DNA of 63,885 bases, counting the filler, from Octopus bimaculoides (Eukaryota), in the NCBI RefSeq assembly GCF_001194135.2. It is 3 parts of 3 records of this genome, joined end to end, with 100 filler letters (N's around TTAATTAATTAA, not from the genome) between each part and the next. Parts side by side here need not be neighbours in the genome. Positions count along the whole stretch, not along the records: positions 29,812 to 61,515 come from NC_068984.1; positions 61,616 to 63,885 come from NC_068985.1; 1 more part is not named here. One strand, 5' to 3'. The notes under the pieces were generated by a model. That model was given only the letters and a program-made list of their open reading frames with translations, was not told where the DNA came from and did not search any database. Positions 60,156 to 63,885 of this stretch are shown here, piece by piece. The position numbers and the translations under genes are program-made. The first letter of the stretch is position 1. Each line of letters starts with the position of its first letter.

Positions 60156-60211
60156 GAAGCGACTTCTACTTTCAGACGAATGTGCGGCCATAACACACTC
60201 GGTTTCTCGGC
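60156..60211 (+). CDS. Candidate small exon, unknown + strand gene
   Basis: Acceptor ttgttgtatttcgttattAG, donor GTaagc. 56 nt; the phase 0 reading is EATSTFRRMCGHNTLGFS. Lies in a CpG-enriched patch. Confidence 0.35.
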
Positions 60212-60524
60212 GTAAGCTGACATTAAGGTACCTGCGTTTCGAAGTCGTCGCGTGTCTACCCAGCCAAAGCTGCTCCGCAACAAACAATTGAACAAGAGTC
60301 TTTTGACAATTTTTTAAAGGATTCATTGAACTTATTATTTCCTGATGCCTGTTGATATCTGCCAAATAATAACAGGTTGACACCTGAACAGTCTCTGTGA
60401 ACCGAGAAATTCAGAACAATGATATACATTCTTAGTAAATTTTGACAGAGTCTAACTGTTGTTGTATTTTGATTAGATAACAACTATTTTTTCGAGAGAC
60501 GAATGTGAAATATACGTATCGTTT

Positions 60525-60535
60525 TACACACACAC

Positions 60536-60623
<88 letters not shown>

Positions 60624-60730
60624 TCAAATGGACACCTCACACACGCACGCACATACATACACATACACACACATGTACATACACACACGCGTACATACAC
60701 ACATACTCACACTTGCTCACACACCCACAA
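60525..60730 (+). repeat. (CA)n microsatellite
   Basis: Read directly from the sequence. Confidence 0.95.
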
Positions 60731-61464
60731 AAGTGTAATGCTTGTATGCATGTGCGCATCTTTGTGAAGTAAGCTGACAAAGTACGTAAAAAAATTCCGA
60801 TCAGGATTGAGGCATAACATATTCATGCCAGGAACACAGCAATAACTAGATTAAATTATGACAATCAATTGTTAATAAAAGAAGCTTTTGGTTGTCTACC
60901 CATGATGCCACATGATCTTCTCTGTCAATTTCCATTTTAACTACAATTGAGACGTATGTAAATATATAGTGTAGATCTCACACAAGCATTGATAAATTAA
61001 ATCCGCGACTTTTACTTTCCATTACTTTTACGTAACTTAATCAAAGAGAAAGGCTGTTTCTTTCAGAAAGTTTCTTATATTGGGATAATGAAATGTCTTC
61101 GTGTAACGCATACAGAAATCCTAGTCCGCTTCCAAATAGATATAGAAATAAAAAATGAAACCGGTTTAGTAGTATGAAGTATTTCTCCTATATACTATGG
61201 TCTACAAAACGTAGTCTTTTGCCTTCTGTTAGATTCTGCAGTTATTACAGAAAAGAACTGGCGTCCTAAATGTATCACTACAATGGTGGAGCTTAATTGT
61301 GCTTGAATTCTGAGTGAATAATTGGTGATTTTTGTCAACATGGATCTTTAGATTCCAGAAGATTAACAAAAAATATTAAAAGGCATTTTAAACAAATTCC
61401 AATTGCTGATGGTTCATACTTACAGTTCGTTACACACACACACGCACACACACACACACACACA

Positions 61465-61515
<51 letters not shown>

Positions 61516-61615
61516 NNNNNNNNNNNNNNNNNNNNNNNNNNNNNNNNNNNNNNNNNNNNTTAATTAATTAANNNNNNNNNNNNNNNNNNNNNNNNNNNNN
61601 NNNNNNNNNNNNNNN

Positions 61616-61695
<80 letters not shown>

Positions 61696-61830
61696 CATTA
61701 TTATTATTATCATCATCATCATCATTATTATTATTATTATTATCATTATTATTAATATTAGTAGTAGTAGTAGTAGTAGTAGTAGTAGGAGGAGGAGGAG
61801 GAGGAGGAGGAAGAGGAGGAAGAGGAGGAT
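61616..61830 (+). repeat. Compound (TTA)n-(TCA)n-(TAG)n-(GAG)n microsatellite
   Basis: Read directly from the sequence. Confidence 0.9.
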
Positions 61831-63544
61831 TATACCCTGCGCTTCAAACTTTATAAAGTGTCATTTAGATTCTTCCGTTAATACTTTCGAGTTCAAATAT
61901 CAGCTAGTTACAATATGATTTACCTTAATTTTGGTTTATAAATGAATTACTTCTTACTTGAAAATAATCAATTGAAAATACACCGAATTTTTCTATTTAT
62001 GGTTCCACCCCATTGGGAGATATTCTAATTAGCATAATAGAAATTAGTTTGGTATTTGTAATTACATAGTAATTATTGGTGATATTTTTTTAATATTCAT
62101 TTCGGTTACGGTTATTTATGTATCAACATTTTGAATGATGGTGATTGTCGTGAAGGTGGTGGTGGTGGTGATGATAATTGTGATGGTGATGATGATGATT
62201 ATGATGATGGTTGTGGGGATGCTGTTGGTGATGGTGGTGGTGTTTGTGATGGTGGTGGTAGGAGTGGTGGTATATGTGGTGGTAGTTGTGACGATAGTCG
62301 CGATGGTGCTAAAGATTAAGCTTATGAAGAAAGGATGTTGCTACATGTAACGATGTTAGTGTTGATAATGATGTTAACGATAAGCAGACGAAGAAAGAGT
62401 ATAGTTCATGTTTCTAATTTCTATAATCAAACATCATCTGTGTAAACGTGTTCACTCCAAATGAGTGAACGAACACAGACAGATAAAAAAAGAGTGTTAA
62501 CGACACATTTATTATATATTTACTTGGGAGACATTGTTTAAATATTCCATTTGTTACCGCTATAGATTTGAATTGAAGACTAGGTGGGATACAAGGTTGT
62601 CCCTGAGGGATTGCAATAGGTTAGCTCTGTCAAGCAGAGGTGACTGCGTCTGTTAACCTGTACCTTAGCCATAAATATGGGTTTAGAAATTCACTTTGTT
62701 TTTCTTCTGTGTTCGATATTTGCGTAGGTATGCATCTGTGCATAAGTGTATCTATATGTATACGTATGGATATATGTGTGTCTGTCTGTGCGTATGTGCA
62801 TATATATTTTTACATATACGAATATAAGTGTGTGTACATGTTTTTGCAGGATAACTATTACATATGAATATATAGATTTGTATAATAAAGATATGAATAG
62901 TACATGTAATATTAATCTCATTCATTAATCATCTTCTATCTTTTTTTTCCATTCGAAATTTCTAATAATTCATCATATATTTTTGTTGTGTTCTCCACGT
63001 CCAGTTTTTCTCTTCTACTATCCGAATCCATGGAAACTCATATATTCTCCCTTTATCCTCCTATTAACTAATAATTTTATTACTTATTTAATTTAGTATA
63101 TAAACCTTACTTAACCTTATATTTGTAAATGCATGTATGTGTGTGTGTATAGATACACACACATGCATGTACATATATATACATATATGTACATATATAT
63201 ATATGTGTGTGTGTGTGTGTGTATAGATACACACACATATATACATATATATACATACATACACAGGCGAATCAAAAATTAAAAAAAATATAACAAAAGT
63301 CAAAATGGACGAACGCATGGAATGAATTAGGTTTATGCTCAGTATAATAAGAAAAAGTGAGGATGTATAACGTTTCGAGAATGAACTTTCTTCAGAACGA
63401 AGAGAAGAAAGGTCCAGAGAGAAGGATAAAAGTCCAAGGAAAGCTCGTGTGTGGAGCCAGAGGGATTACTTTTTATGGTGGTGAATACTAACATGAATCA
63501 AGTAACTATGAGACAGCAGAATGTCACGTTTCGCTTCAAGCAGC

Positions 63545-63596
<52 letters not shown>

Positions 63597-63842
63597 GTAG
63601 GTAGGTAGATAGATAGATCGATCGATAGATAGATAGATAGATAGATAGATAGGTAGGTAGATACATTTCTTTTATTAGCCACACAGGGCTCAACGAAGAT
63701 GGGACAAGGTAGATAGATAGATCGATAGATAGATAGATAGATAGATAGATATATAGATAGATAGGTAGGTAGATAGATAGATCGATAGATAGATAGATAC
63801 ATTTCTTTTATTAGCCACACAGGGCTCAACGAAGATGGGACA
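63545..63842 (+). repeat. (GATA)n array containing a duplicated unit of about 47 bp
   Basis: gatacatttctt(t)ttattagccacacagggctcaacgaagatgggacaa at about 63660-63706 and 63796-63842. Confidence 0.85.
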
Positions 63843-63885
63843 AATACAATGTAGAGCTTTTCTTTTTGGGAGGGGGAAGGAAGGA

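Noticed and set aside
62131-62350. Asp/Gly-rich and Val/Met-rich ORFs (similar tract at 56610-56770)
   Set aside because: Degenerate (GAT/GGT)n low-complexity sequence.
63660-63842. Repeat-spacer-like layout
   Set aside because: Only two units separated by microsatellite, in eukaryotic context with no cas genes. Not CRISPR.

Overview
Eukaryotic, AT-rich, microsatellite-dense genomic DNA with many N gaps. The SINE and LINE repertoire points to a cephalopod (Octopus) scaffold; this is an inference, not a database match. Genes: (1) five 3' exons of a + strand LRRC74-like leucine-rich-repeat gene (238-16374), assembled by hand with consistent splice phases; one exon is probably hidden in the 851-1519 gap. 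(2) A single-exon-CDS FMRFamide-receptor-like class A GPCR on the - strand (40268-41686), with a spliced 5' leader carrying three uORFs. (3) Two clusters of small phase-compatible - strand exons (35471-35906 and 28043-28632) that the ORF track misses and that may form one gene of unknown identity. (4) Candidate + strand exons at 54.6-60.2 kb of unknown identity. The rest is mostly transposon debris: three tRNA-derived SINE families, four MITE or foldback elements, R4/Dong-type, RTE, Penelope-like and ORF1-type LINE fragments, a DD37D (maT) transposase fragment and two or three Gypsy LTR remnants. No prokaryotic features, CRISPR arrays or true tRNA/rRNA genes were found. I cannot demonstrate a wholly new biological system. 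The best leads are the two unannotated exon sets, the inverted SINE pair flanking an in-frame exon pair (circRNA candidate), the hairpin-forming elements around LRRC74 splice sites, and the C2H2-finger LINE tail.
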